Positions 8,525 to 17,296 of a stretch of DNA of 64,000 nt are shown here, in pieces. Positions within the stretch are counted from its first letter, which is position 1. Every line of letters starts with the position of its first letter. A program made the translations under genes and the position numbers. Under the pieces are notes generated by a model. That model ran no database searches and was not told the origin of the DNA. It was given only the letters and a program-made list of their open reading frames with translations. The DNA comes from an uncultured Methylococcales bacterium (GTDB taxonomy: Bacteria > Pseudomonadota > Gammaproteobacteria > Methylococcales > G963664935): NCBI GenBank assembly GCA_964653275.1, contig CAZZET010000007.1, positions 13,983 through 77,982 of the forward strand, given 5' to 3'.

Positions 8525-10768
8525 TCATGCCTTCGTTATCAGCCCATTTAGAACGATTTTCTCAACACCATGTAGTGATGCGTAAAATGTCGGTGCATCC
8601 GTGTCTAGATGGAGCAATCCTCCTTGATAGCTCACTTTTCCATGGAATTCACCAAAATCGAGCAGGGTTTGTCCATTCATAGCAAGAAAATCGATCTGAT
8701 TCCCCTGAATATTGGTAAGATGGTTTTGTTCATCCCTCCGGAGAAGTACGAGCTTGCCTTTCACCCTAATATCATCAAAAGTATATTCTTTACGCATATC
8801 CTCACTTCCTATAAAGAAATAATCGTAATAAGATATGTGAGGTTCGTTCCACGTCATTTTAAGAGCAACCACTTGGTCTTCTGAGCATAATTGAGCTTGC
8901 TCATAAACAGGAACCGTTTCGACAATAACCTTGGGAGGCGTAGTCCTATAAGGATAAAGGAGAGTAGCATACAAGGCATTCCCCCTTGTTTTTTGTGAAA
9001 AAGTAATGACCGGCGCTTCCTGTTTCACGCCATATTCTGGAGAGATATGACCGCGTTCGAGGCTGGAGCGAATCCCCTCCATGAAGGGCTGTGCCAGAAT
9101 GAAATTCGGTGAAGTAACACACGTCATTCGCGTATCTTCCTGAATTTTTGTCTGATGCTGTGCCCTCGGGTGAAGGTGAAAGCGCAAACTATAATCATGG
9201 CTTCCTTCTGCCTTTAATCGGTCTATAACAATCCAATATTCTGCGTGCAGAAAGAAAAGATGCCTTTCATGGATCACTGGGTATTCATTGCTAATCACGG
9301 CTCCGGCTATATAGTCAAAGCCTACGGCTGTCTCAAATGATTTCAAAACAGGTTTGGGGCCAGGAACGAGCGGCGCGCCCTTTCGGTAGGGCATCTGGTC
9401 TTTACCGTCCACCGTAATGGTATTGTGGTAGGCCGTTCCCTTGAAAATTCTTCGCCAGTTTATGCCGTCATCATTCTTTTCACTGTAAGTGTATCTTCCT
9501 GGATCAACAATGAGTGTGTGGCCATAGGCTGCCATTTCGAAATTAAGGAGGTCATAGTGGCCGTGCGATCCGTCTCCGAGCGGTGCGCAGTCAAAAAAGA
9601 GATAAAATGCTTCTTTATAGGGTTGTGCATTCCAATCGCTCCGCAGGATATAGTACCCGCTTTCACGAAAACCCTTTGATCGATGAGGGGGCGCAATGCC
9701 TTCTTTCCCTTGGGAAAACACATAGCGGAGGTTTTCATCGGGATAATACCGATATGCTTTTTCCAATAGCGAGCGGTAGCTGTTACTGTCTCCATCACTA
9801 ATCGCCGGAAGAAAACCGTCCGGTTTATGGGCATAAAGCGAAAATGCCAATGCCTTTTTGATCAATCGATCACATTCTATGGGAAGGGGGATTTGATTTA
9901 ACAACGCAATCTCCCGAATCTTCAGATAGTTTTTGAGCACGGTGTGATGGTAGTCGGGGGAAAGTTCCCGCTGCACCCCGTCCGACAGTAGATCATCCTG
10001 CATATTCTTTAGAATTTCCACTTTAGCGAAGCAAAGCAGCTCCGCCATATTTTGTAACTCCGGAAAGAGGACTGCCACCAGGAAAATGGCGTACAATTCA
10101 ATTGTCCGATGATTTCCTTCAGGCGTTAAATGCTCCGAAAGGTAGATGGTTTGAGAATGAATGGATTTGAGGAAATGAATCAAAAAACTCGCAGAGATGT
10201 TAGCTGAAACCGCATTGGGGATAAAATAACGATAGGAAAGCACCCATTGCTGCAACCTTCGTCCCGTTACCTGGCTATTGATAAAACCATCGGGCACATT
10301 CTCAATCCAGGAGAGAATCAACGAGACCCACTTTTTAGCGTATTTTTCGTCCCCACTGTAGGCATATGCAGCACTAAGATCCTTGGCATAGTAAAACTTG
10401 TGGAGCAAAATAAGCCATTCGATGTCCTGACTGGGATTCACCTTCCAATCAAAATTTTCAGAAAAAGAATAGCATTGGTTGTTAAAGGTAAAAATGTTTT
10501 CAATGGTCTGATCAGCCCTTTTCGCATGAGATATTGAGCCTTTAGAAAGTGAGAAATGGTGAACGGCACTCTCGTATTGAAAATATAATAACAACGCCTC
10601 CGGTTCCATCTCAGCGTAAGGTGCCACTAAAAACGTCCTCCCCCTCTTTTTTTTTGTAGTCGCACTGGAACCTTTCGTCTCTCCTGTCACCGCAGCTCTT
10701 CTCTCATAAGAGAAGGTCGGAATAAGCCCCGACTTCAGTCTCTGGGTCATGATGAAAAGCCAAGACAT
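8525..10768 (-). CDS. Heparinase II/III family protein (alginate-lyase-like N-terminal domain)
   Basis: DIEWLILLHKFYY, GNHRTIELYA, DGVQRELSPDYHH, HGHYDLLNFE and DPGRYTY. The true start is probably GTG at 10690, which removes the 65-bp overlap with the upstream paralogue. Confidence 0.85.
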   Translation of the reverse strand: MSWLFIMTQRLKSGLIPTFSYERRAAVTGETKGSSATTKKKRGRTFLVAPYAEMEPEALLLYFQYESAVHHFSLSKGSISHAKRADQTIENIFTFNNQCYSFSENFDWKVNPSQDIEWLILLHKFYYAKDLSAAYAYSGDEKYAKKWVSLILSWIENVPDGFINSQVTGRRLQQWVLSYRYFIPNAVSANISASFLIHFLKSIHSQTIYLSEHLTPEGNHRTIELYAIFLVAVLFPELQNMAELLCFAKVEILKNMQDDLLSDGVQRELSPDYHHTVLKNYLKIREIALLNQIPLPIECDRLIKKALAFSLYAHKPDGFLPAISDGDSNSYRSLLEKAYRYYPDENLRYVFSQGKEGIAPPHRSKGFRESGYYILRSDWNAQPYKEAFYLFFDCAPLGDGSHGHYDLLNFEMAAYGHTLIVDPGRYTYSEKNDDGINWRRIFKGTAYHNTITVDGKDQMPYRKGAPLVPGPKPVLKSFETAVGFDYIAGAVISNEYPVIHERHLFFLHAEYWIVIDRLKAEGSHDYSLRFHLHPRAQHQTKIQEDTRMTCVTSPNFILAQPFMEGIRSSLERGHISPEYGVKQEAPVITFSQKTRGNALYATLLYPYRTTPPKVIVETVPVYEQAQLCSEDQVVALKMTWNEPHISYYDYFFIGSEDMRKEYTFDDIRVKGKLVLLRRDEQNHLTNIQGNQIDFLAMNGQTLLDFGEFHGKVSYQGGLLHLDTDAPTFYASLHGVEKIVLNGLITKA

Positions 10769-12728
10769 TTCCCTCTACATCCTGTCTGACATATAGGAAT
10801 GATCCATTGTATTCATATTCCTTAAATGTGTAGCGTTTGCCAAAAGTGGGATTGGCACTAAAGTAGGAGTCCTGGTAGCTCTGCCCACCTTTGGTTAATG
10901 TAATAGAGAGTGCAAATCCCTGAGAAGCATCGCAAAGGGTCTCGCCGCATAAAACGGGCAAACGTTTTACGGAAATCTGCGGGCGCTCATGGGTATTTTT
11001 ATAGGGATAGAGGATCGTGTGAAAATCGGCATTTGCTGCCTTACGTGCAAAGCGGATAACGGGTGCTCGAAGTTTTGCTCCATAGACCTTGGAAATATAG
11101 GCATCCTCCACAAAATGGAGGCCCCCTGAATCAATGGGCTGCGCCATCAACAGATTTGGGGCACTAACCAGAAGTGTCTCTTGCTCTGTCGTCACCGAAA
11201 CTTTTTCAAAGGCCTGGTCCGAGAGATGGAAATGGAGATCATAGTCGTGTTCCTCTTGTGCATTTAATAAATCTGAAATGATCCAATATTCCAGAGCGAC
11301 AAAAAATATTTTTCGCTCATGGACTACCTCATATTCATGGCTCCGAGCAATACCGTGGAGGTAATCAAAACCTCGCCGTGTGACAAACGATTTCAATTCG
11401 TAAGCCGGTTCAGGACCCTTAATCTTAAATTTCTTTTTGCCAGGACGATAGGCGGTCTGATTCTTTTGATCGATTAGTACCGTGTTGTGATAGGCTGTTC
11501 CCCGAAAACGGACGCGCCAGTTTATCTCCCCAAACTCGTCATAGGTATAACGCCCCGGGTCGACCACCAGCGACTGACCGTAAGCAGCCATCTCAAAACT
11601 CAGCAGGTCAAAATGGCCATGGTTTCCCTCACCCAAAGGCCCACAATCAAAAACGAGGTATCGCTCGTCCTCATAGGGTGCAGCTCCATCTCCCCAACCA
11701 CTGCGAAGAATATAATATCCTCCCTTCGGAAAACCCTTTGATCGAACGGAAGGAGCATGACCGGACTTCCCTTTCGAGGCAACATATAACATCTCTTCAG
11801 ATTGATAGAACCGAGCGCCTTTCTCTAACAATTCTAAAAAGCTACGAGTATCGCCATCACTGAGCGAGGGGATCAAACCGTCCGGTTTATGAACAAAAAG
11901 AGAAAATTCAAGCGCCTTCTTTATCTGGATGTCGATTTCTTTCGGCATTGAAATCTGATTCATCGCTGCTAGCTGTCGAATATTGAGATAGTTCTTTAAG
12001 ACGATATGATGGTAATCCGTTGAAAGTTCGCAATGGACACCATCCGACAGAATATCTTTCTGGATATTCTTTAAGAGTTCTTCTTTTGCGAAATCTAGCC
12101 AAGCGGTAGCTTGTTTCATCTCCGGGAAAACAACCGCAGCCAAAAATACGGCATAGAGTTCCAATGTCCGGTGATTCCGCGCTGGCGTCAGGTGATCGAT
12201 AAGATACGCCACCTGATCATGAATCGATTTCAAAAATTTCAGATAGAAAGACTCGGATACCGATACACAAGAATTTAAAGTCACAAAATAGTAATGAGCA
12301 AAGATCCAATTCTGGATGCGTCTTCCAGCCACGTCGCTAGAAAGATGGTCTAATTGTACGGTATCAATCCAGGAAGAAGTCAGGTCCATCCATTTTTCGA
12401 AATATCGCTGATTCTTTGTTTCGTGGTACGCAATGCCCAGTCCAACGGCGTAGTAAAATTTATGGAGTAATATCAACCATTCGATATCGCGACTTGGATT
12501 GCTTGCCCAATCAAAGTGGTCCGTTAATTGGTGCAATTCATGATTAAATTCAAAACGGTTAAGGAGAATATTGTCTATTTTTTCTCGTGTGGTTTCATCG
12601 CCATCAACAACGGGAAAATAGCTGATCTCTGTCCGACTCTGAAAATAGGCCAGAATCTTATCTTGAGGCCAAGATCGGTAGGGAAGGCGGAAGATGCCAA
12701 TCGCGTTATCTATCTCGATATTAGTCAT
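10704..12728 (-). CDS. Heparinase II/III family protein, paralogue of 8525-10768
   Basis: DIEWLILLHKFYY, ARNHRTLELYA, DGVHCELSTDYHH, HGHFDLLSFE and DPGRYTY. Confidence 0.85.
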   Translation of the reverse strand: MTNIEIDNAIGIFRLPYRSWPQDKILAYFQSRTEISYFPVVDGDETTREKIDNILLNRFEFNHELHQLTDHFDWASNPSRDIEWLILLHKFYYAVGLGIAYHETKNQRYFEKWMDLTSSWIDTVQLDHLSSDVAGRRIQNWIFAHYYFVTLNSCVSVSESFYLKFLKSIHDQVAYLIDHLTPARNHRTLELYAVFLAAVVFPEMKQATAWLDFAKEELLKNIQKDILSDGVHCELSTDYHHIVLKNYLNIRQLAAMNQISMPKEIDIQIKKALEFSLFVHKPDGLIPSLSDGDTRSFLELLEKGARFYQSEEMLYVASKGKSGHAPSVRSKGFPKGGYYILRSGWGDGAAPYEDERYLVFDCGPLGEGNHGHFDLLSFEMAAYGQSLVVDPGRYTYDEFGEINWRVRFRGTAYHNTVLIDQKNQTAYRPGKKKFKIKGPEPAYELKSFVTRRGFDYLHGIARSHEYEVVHERKIFFVALEYWIISDLLNAQEEHDYDLHFHLSDQAFEKVSVTTEQETLLVSAPNLLMAQPIDSGGLHFVEDAYISKVYGAKLRAPVIRFARKAANADFHTILYPYKNTHERPQISVKRLPVLCGETLCDASQGFALSITLTKGGQSYQDSYFSANPTFGKRYTFKEYEYNGSFLYVRQDVEGNVLAFHHDPETEVGAYSDLLL

Positions 12729-12896
12729 GAGATATTATTCTTCATTTTCTTTCATCCCATACAAACGCAAGTTTGAGTTTTTAAGGCATAAACTTTAGAG
12801 TCATCCTAGGTAAGGATATAAACTAAATTTGTTGTCCGTGTTAATTCCCTTAATTTGGTCAAAAGGTTCAATCGCATCGAAATTTAATTCTCTAAA

Positions 12897-13060
12897 AAAC
12901 GCTGCCCCAAATTCGGTTGCGTAGCTAGAGGTCGCGAAGGCGAGATATACGGTGTCTACAGGAAAACAAGCGGAGGAGTGCTTTCATAGGTACGTTGAGA
13001 ACATTTTTCAGGCACAATATAGTCAACTCGCAGCATTGCGTTTCCACAGTAAAAAGTTTT
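12897..13060. repeat. MITE/REP-like element, apparently interrupted at its right arm by IS1595
   Basis: Carries GTAGCTAGAGG (12921-12931) and TTCCACAGTA (13042-13051) in the same order and similar spacing as GTAGCGAGG and TTCCGCAGTA in the MITE at 34575-34739. Its own arms do not pair well. Confidence 0.4.
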
Positions 13061-13065
13061 CCTGA

Positions 13066-14028
13066 TTACCCATAAGCCTCAGCCAACTTCAACATTTTGA
13101 AGGGCATGGGCTGCGTTCTTACCGCAACATAAACAAAACGAGGCAACATGTCCTCCAATTGAAACCGTCTATTATGTCGATAACAAAACTCGGCAAGATA
13201 GCGCGGCAAATGTTTTGGATTGATTGCATGGTAAGTGCCCTTAATTGCATTTTTGACATTGCCTATCAGGGTGTTAATCCAGGTAAACTCTTCTTTGGTC
13301 ATACTTTGTGGGCCTCCGCCCGTCACAATACTAATATGCTCACACCCCGCCTCTTTCACCGCTGAAAAACAAGCCAAACCATCTGAAATAACCGTGCAAT
13401 CTGATTGTAAATGATGCGTTGCCCAACGGGATATTTCTGTCAGCCGAAAGCCTTTGACCACATTCATATTCATCGCCACCGGGTAACCGTCTTTATGGAG
13501 TGCAACCGCTGCAACAAAAGGGATCTTATTCGCTGTGTCTCGACCTCGTTTGCCACCGCGATGCTCACCACTGCGATGCTCACCACCCCAATACACATCA
13601 TCCAACTAGATGATTCCACTTAACGGCTTGCTGTCATCCCGTTCCTTCATGACCTGCATGATCTTGTGTTTTATACTCCACGCAGTGTTGTAAGACACAC
13701 CCAGTTGTCGCTTAAGGGCTAAAGCCGACAGACCCATTTTAGCTTGGGTGATGAGATGGATGGCCAAAAACCAAGTAGCCAGCGGAAGCTTGGTTTGCTC
13801 AAATAGGGTTCCGCTCGTCAATGACGTTTGGTGGTGACAGCCATTGCATTGGTAGCGTTTTCTTGTTTTTAAAACACAGTATCTATCACAACCACATTCA
13901 GGACATCGAAACCCAGTAGGCCAACGCTAATTAAACAAGGCTTGGGTGCATTGATTTTCGGTTCCGTAATTTTGAAATAATTCAATCAAATTGTAACCCG
14001 CCTGAAACTGCACTTTATTTTTGCACAT
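13066..14028 (-). pseudogene. IS1595-family transposase pseudogene (320 codons, two in-frame TAG)
   Basis: Manual translation from ATG 14028: MCKNKVQFQAG...RWPTGFRCPECG...YQCNGC zinc ribbon, LDDVYWGG, SDG and RYLAEFCYR. TAG at 13927-13929 and 13606-13608; the final TAA at 13066-13068 lies inside the inverted repeat. Confidence 0.9.
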
Positions 14029-14064
14029 TGTTCCGCCTCCTTTGATTACTCTTAGTTATTTAGA

Positions 14065-15933
14065 CGGATTTTCTGCCCTAGAAATCAGCGCGATCCCTTG
14101 CCAGCTCTAGGCTAATTTAGAATGTCACGCCGAATGGCTACATCGTAACGCCGATCAAATCGAGGATTGTTTGCTGTTCCGCGTTAGGACGACTATTTTG
14201 GTAAAATTCAACACCCTGAGTTTGCACCTAATTGCGGGTAATTTGCTTCAAACAATCAATCACCCCCTCCAACGTCCAACGCCGCTGGGCACCTTCACCA
14301 TCGCCTTCAAATAACGGCGCAAGCCGTTATTCGAAATGCCACTGAAGATAATAAGCCAACATACAGAGAAAGACTTGAGCACGAATACGCTCATCGGTTT
14401 TATGATAGACCGGACGAATTTCCAATTGCACGGTTTTGAGGTTGCGAAAAGCCCGCTCAACCTGGGTCAGTTGCTTATACGCATGGACCACCGTGTCGGT
14501 GTCCATAGCGGCTTTATCCACGTCGGTGCTGCTGATATAACACCCATCAAAGCGCTTTTCATCGTCGACCTTTTGGCAGTCAATGTGCCCGCTGAGATGA
14601 TGGTCACGGGACACCGTATGGGTGGCGTCGGCCTCAATCGACCACTGAATAAACTTGCCCATTTTGTATTTCGCCAAAACTTTACCCACCCGCGCACCCA
14701 GCCTCTCTACACTGGCTTTTTGTTTATAATTGGCGATCTTTTTGAGTGCTTTCTCAGTCAACTCTAGTAAGCGTTTTCGGGTCTGTGTCTCCCGTTCGGC
14801 GGTCACAGGATACAGCACAAGCAATAGCGCTGGCCCGGCTTATCGGGATCAGACACCTCGTGGGTCAAGTGTTTATCGAACAGATCGAGCTGGATGACCT
14901 TTTTTTCAAGAAGCTTACGCATCCCGCCATGGGTTAAAGCGCTAATCAGGTGCAACGCGTCATCGTCTTTCAGCGCTTCAATTATACTTTCGGTCACCAT
15001 GCCGCGATCGCCGACAAAAACGATCTTCTCAATCCCAAAATCGTCCCGAATTTGGCGTATCTTGTCCACCACCGTAGTTTCATCTTTAGTATTTCCGGCA
15101 TAGACTTCGACCCCAACCGGACACCCCTCGCCATTACAAATCAAACCGACGACAATTTGCTCAAACCCCTTCTTACGATCACGATTGTAGCCAAATTTAA
15201 CGAGGTCACTGGCGCTATAAGCGCCTTCGAATAGATACTGGTGTCGTAAAGGATCAAGTGGCCCGACGCTAAATGACGACGTGCTAGGTTTTTTTGAATT
15301 TGACGCTGGCGCGCCAGCAACTGATCGAGCGCCGGATAACAATGGACATCAACGTCCGGTTTTTCCTCAACACCATTCAGTTCCCAAAGACAGGTGTTGG
15401 CGGCTTGATTGCACAAAGATAACTTGCTGCCCACAAACACCAAACGGCCAACGATCATCGCTAGGACAGGTTTGACCCACGGGGCCAAACGGGCGGAGAG
15501 GCATTGCGGCAAACCCAACTGTTTGGCCAGCGCCATCACCGCATAACTGGCGCCGTATTCACGGCTTTCCAAAATCTCAAAAGCATCCGGATCACCTTGC
15601 GGAACCACCTGTTCACGAAAAGCCATCTGGAGTATTTTGAGTTGTTCCAGGGTACAGCCGGTGATGCGTCCATGTTGGGTATGTTTCATCTTGCCGTCTT
15701 CGCGGAAACTGGTGCGTAAAAGGCCGACTGGGCTTCGACGCGACGCTTGGATTTCGAGGTGTAATCGGCCATGGCTTGTGCGCATGGCTACTTATACGAC
15801 TATTTAATCCAATAAAACAAATATTATATGTTTGTATTGATGGCTACATATCGAATAACTAAAAACACTGTTCAATCCATACACCACGCGGCATACAGGT
15901 CAAAAAACAGGCAATTTAACGCGGTAAAGTCCG
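14065..15933 (-). mobile_element. IS1634-family insertion sequence (1869 bp) nested in the 5' non-coding end of the IS1595
   Basis: Ends CGGATTTT and CGGACTTT (7/8 inverted). 6-bp direct repeat TTTAGA at 14059-14064 and 15934-15939. ATGGCTAC recurs at 14134, 15784 and 15840. Confidence 0.88.
14138..15785 (-). pseudogene. IS1634-family transposase pseudogene
   Basis: Three ORF fragments with family motifs (LYD..S.YFEG, FGYNRD, GCPVGVEV, FVGDRGM, VERAFRNLK, RIRAQVFLCMLAYYL). Apparent 1-bp deletions near 15230 and 14812, plus in-frame stops at 14327-14329 and 14228-14230. Confidence 0.88.
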
Positions 15934-16004
15934 TTTAGAGCACAGATATCCGACAAAATTACTGAAACTTGTACGTAATCAGGAAAGTTTTTGAGAAATG
16001 CTTA

Positions 16005-17222
16005 CTAAGTCCGATATTCCGCGTTAATGCGAACGTAATCGTATGAAAGGTCACAACTCAGCATTCGGTATTCTCCTTTTCCCCGCCCAAGAGAAATCCG
16101 AATGGTTATTTCTTCCTTTGCCATAACTGCATTTCCCTCATGTTCCGTATATTCTTCAGAGCGTTCGCCATTTTCAACGATGCAAACATTGCCCAACCAG
16201 ATACACACTCTGGAAATATCAAAATTTTCTATTCCGGCCCGGCCAACGGCTGCCAATATTCGGCCCCAGTTGGGATCTGCCGCAAAAAACGCTGTCTTTA
16301 CCAGGGATGATTGGGCAACCGTATTGGCCACAATACGAGCTTCGTCTGTATTTGTTGCCTCTGCGACAACAAATTTCATGAGCTTAGTAGCGCCTTCCCC
16401 ATCACGGACGATTGCTTGTGACAATTGATTACAAACATTGAACAAACCGTCTAAAAATATTTCGTAGGCCGGGCTATTCCGTGTAATTTCAGGCGCTCCC
16501 GAACACCTCGTAGCAATCAAAACACACGCATCGTTCGTCGATGTATCTCCGTCAACGCTAATAGCATTAAAAGTTTTCTCAACCACCAACTGCAAACACT
16601 CTTGTAGAATTGAACGATCAATTCTAGCGTCCGTAGCAATGAAGCTAAGCATTGTTGCCATATTTGGATGTATCATACCTGCACCCTTACAAATCCCTGT
16701 TACAATGACTGGGGATTCGCCCAAATCCAGACGTATGGAAGCACCTTTAGGTCGAGTATCAGTTGTCAAAATAGCTTCAGAAGCATTTTTCCAACCCGAT
16801 TCAGAGAGGGAACGCAACGCTTGAGGAAGCGCATTCACAATAGTGGTTACGGGAAGTTTTTCGCCAATAACACCTGTGGAAAAAGGTAAAACCTGCTCGA
16901 AATTGCCACCAACAATATCCACCAATGACCGGCAACACGACAATGCGTCTTCAATCCCTTTTTTACCATTACCTGCATTCGCATTACCCGAATTGACGAG
17001 AAGCCATTGAGGATTTGACTTGATAAAATTGTCCCGAGCAACCACAACTGGAGCAGCTGCAAAAGCATTTTGGGTAAAAACAGCCGCTAACGCTGAACCC
17101 GGAGCGAGTTTGATCAAAGTCAAATCATCACGGTCAGTCTGTTTGATTCCAGCACAAGCTGTACCTATTTGAATGCCATTGACCGGATACATTTCCGGAA
17201 AAGAACATAATCCAACAGACAT
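16005..17222 (-). CDS. argJ: Bifunctional ornithine acetyltransferase/N-acetylglutamate synthase
   Basis: KGAGMIHPNMATML, DGDTSTND autoproteolysis site, DGEGATK and NAEYRT C-terminus. Confidence 0.97.
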   Translation of the reverse strand: MSVGLCSFPEMYPVNGIQIGTACAGIKQTDRDDLTLIKLAPGSALAAVFTQNAFAAAPVVVARDNFIKSNPQWLLVNSGNANAGNGKKGIEDALSCCRSLVDIVGGNFEQVLPFSTGVIGEKLPVTTIVNALPQALRSLSESGWKNASEAILTTDTRPKGASIRLDLGESPVIVTGICKGAGMIHPNMATMLSFIATDARIDRSILQECLQLVVEKTFNAISVDGDTSTNDACVLIATRCSGAPEITRNSPAYEIFLDGLFNVCNQLSQAIVRDGEGATKLMKFVVAEATNTDEARIVANTVAQSSLVKTAFFAADPNWGRILAAVGRAGIENFDISRVCIWLGNVCIVENGERSEEYTEHEGNAVMAKEEITIRISLGRGKGEYRMLSCDLSYDYVRINAEYRT

Positions 17223-17296
17223 TTGTTAATTCGAACCCGTGACTTCAATAAAAATAGAATACTCCATCAACAAACACCGTATTGATGGATTCAGAA

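Larger units (their letters stand above)
13061..15983 (-). mobile_element. IS1595-family insertion sequence (about 1.05 kb once the nested element is removed), inactive
   Basis: Terminal inverted repeats CCTGATTACccAtAAGccTCAG and CCTGATTACgtAcAAGttTCAG (17/22). 8-bp direct repeat AAAGTTTT at 13053-13060 and 15984-15991. Confidence 0.9.

Noticed and set aside
13066-14330. Amber read-through or recoding, suggested by three in-frame TAGs in the transposases
   Set aside because: TAG terminates intact genes here (argJ at 16005-16007, methyltransferase at 47730-47732), and the IS1634 gene also has a TAA and two frameshifts. Ordinary decay explains it.
1-16000. Glycan locus as cargo of a composite transposon
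   Set aside because: The IS1595 has its own matched target duplication on both sides, so it inserted as a simple element. No partner IS is visible in the window.
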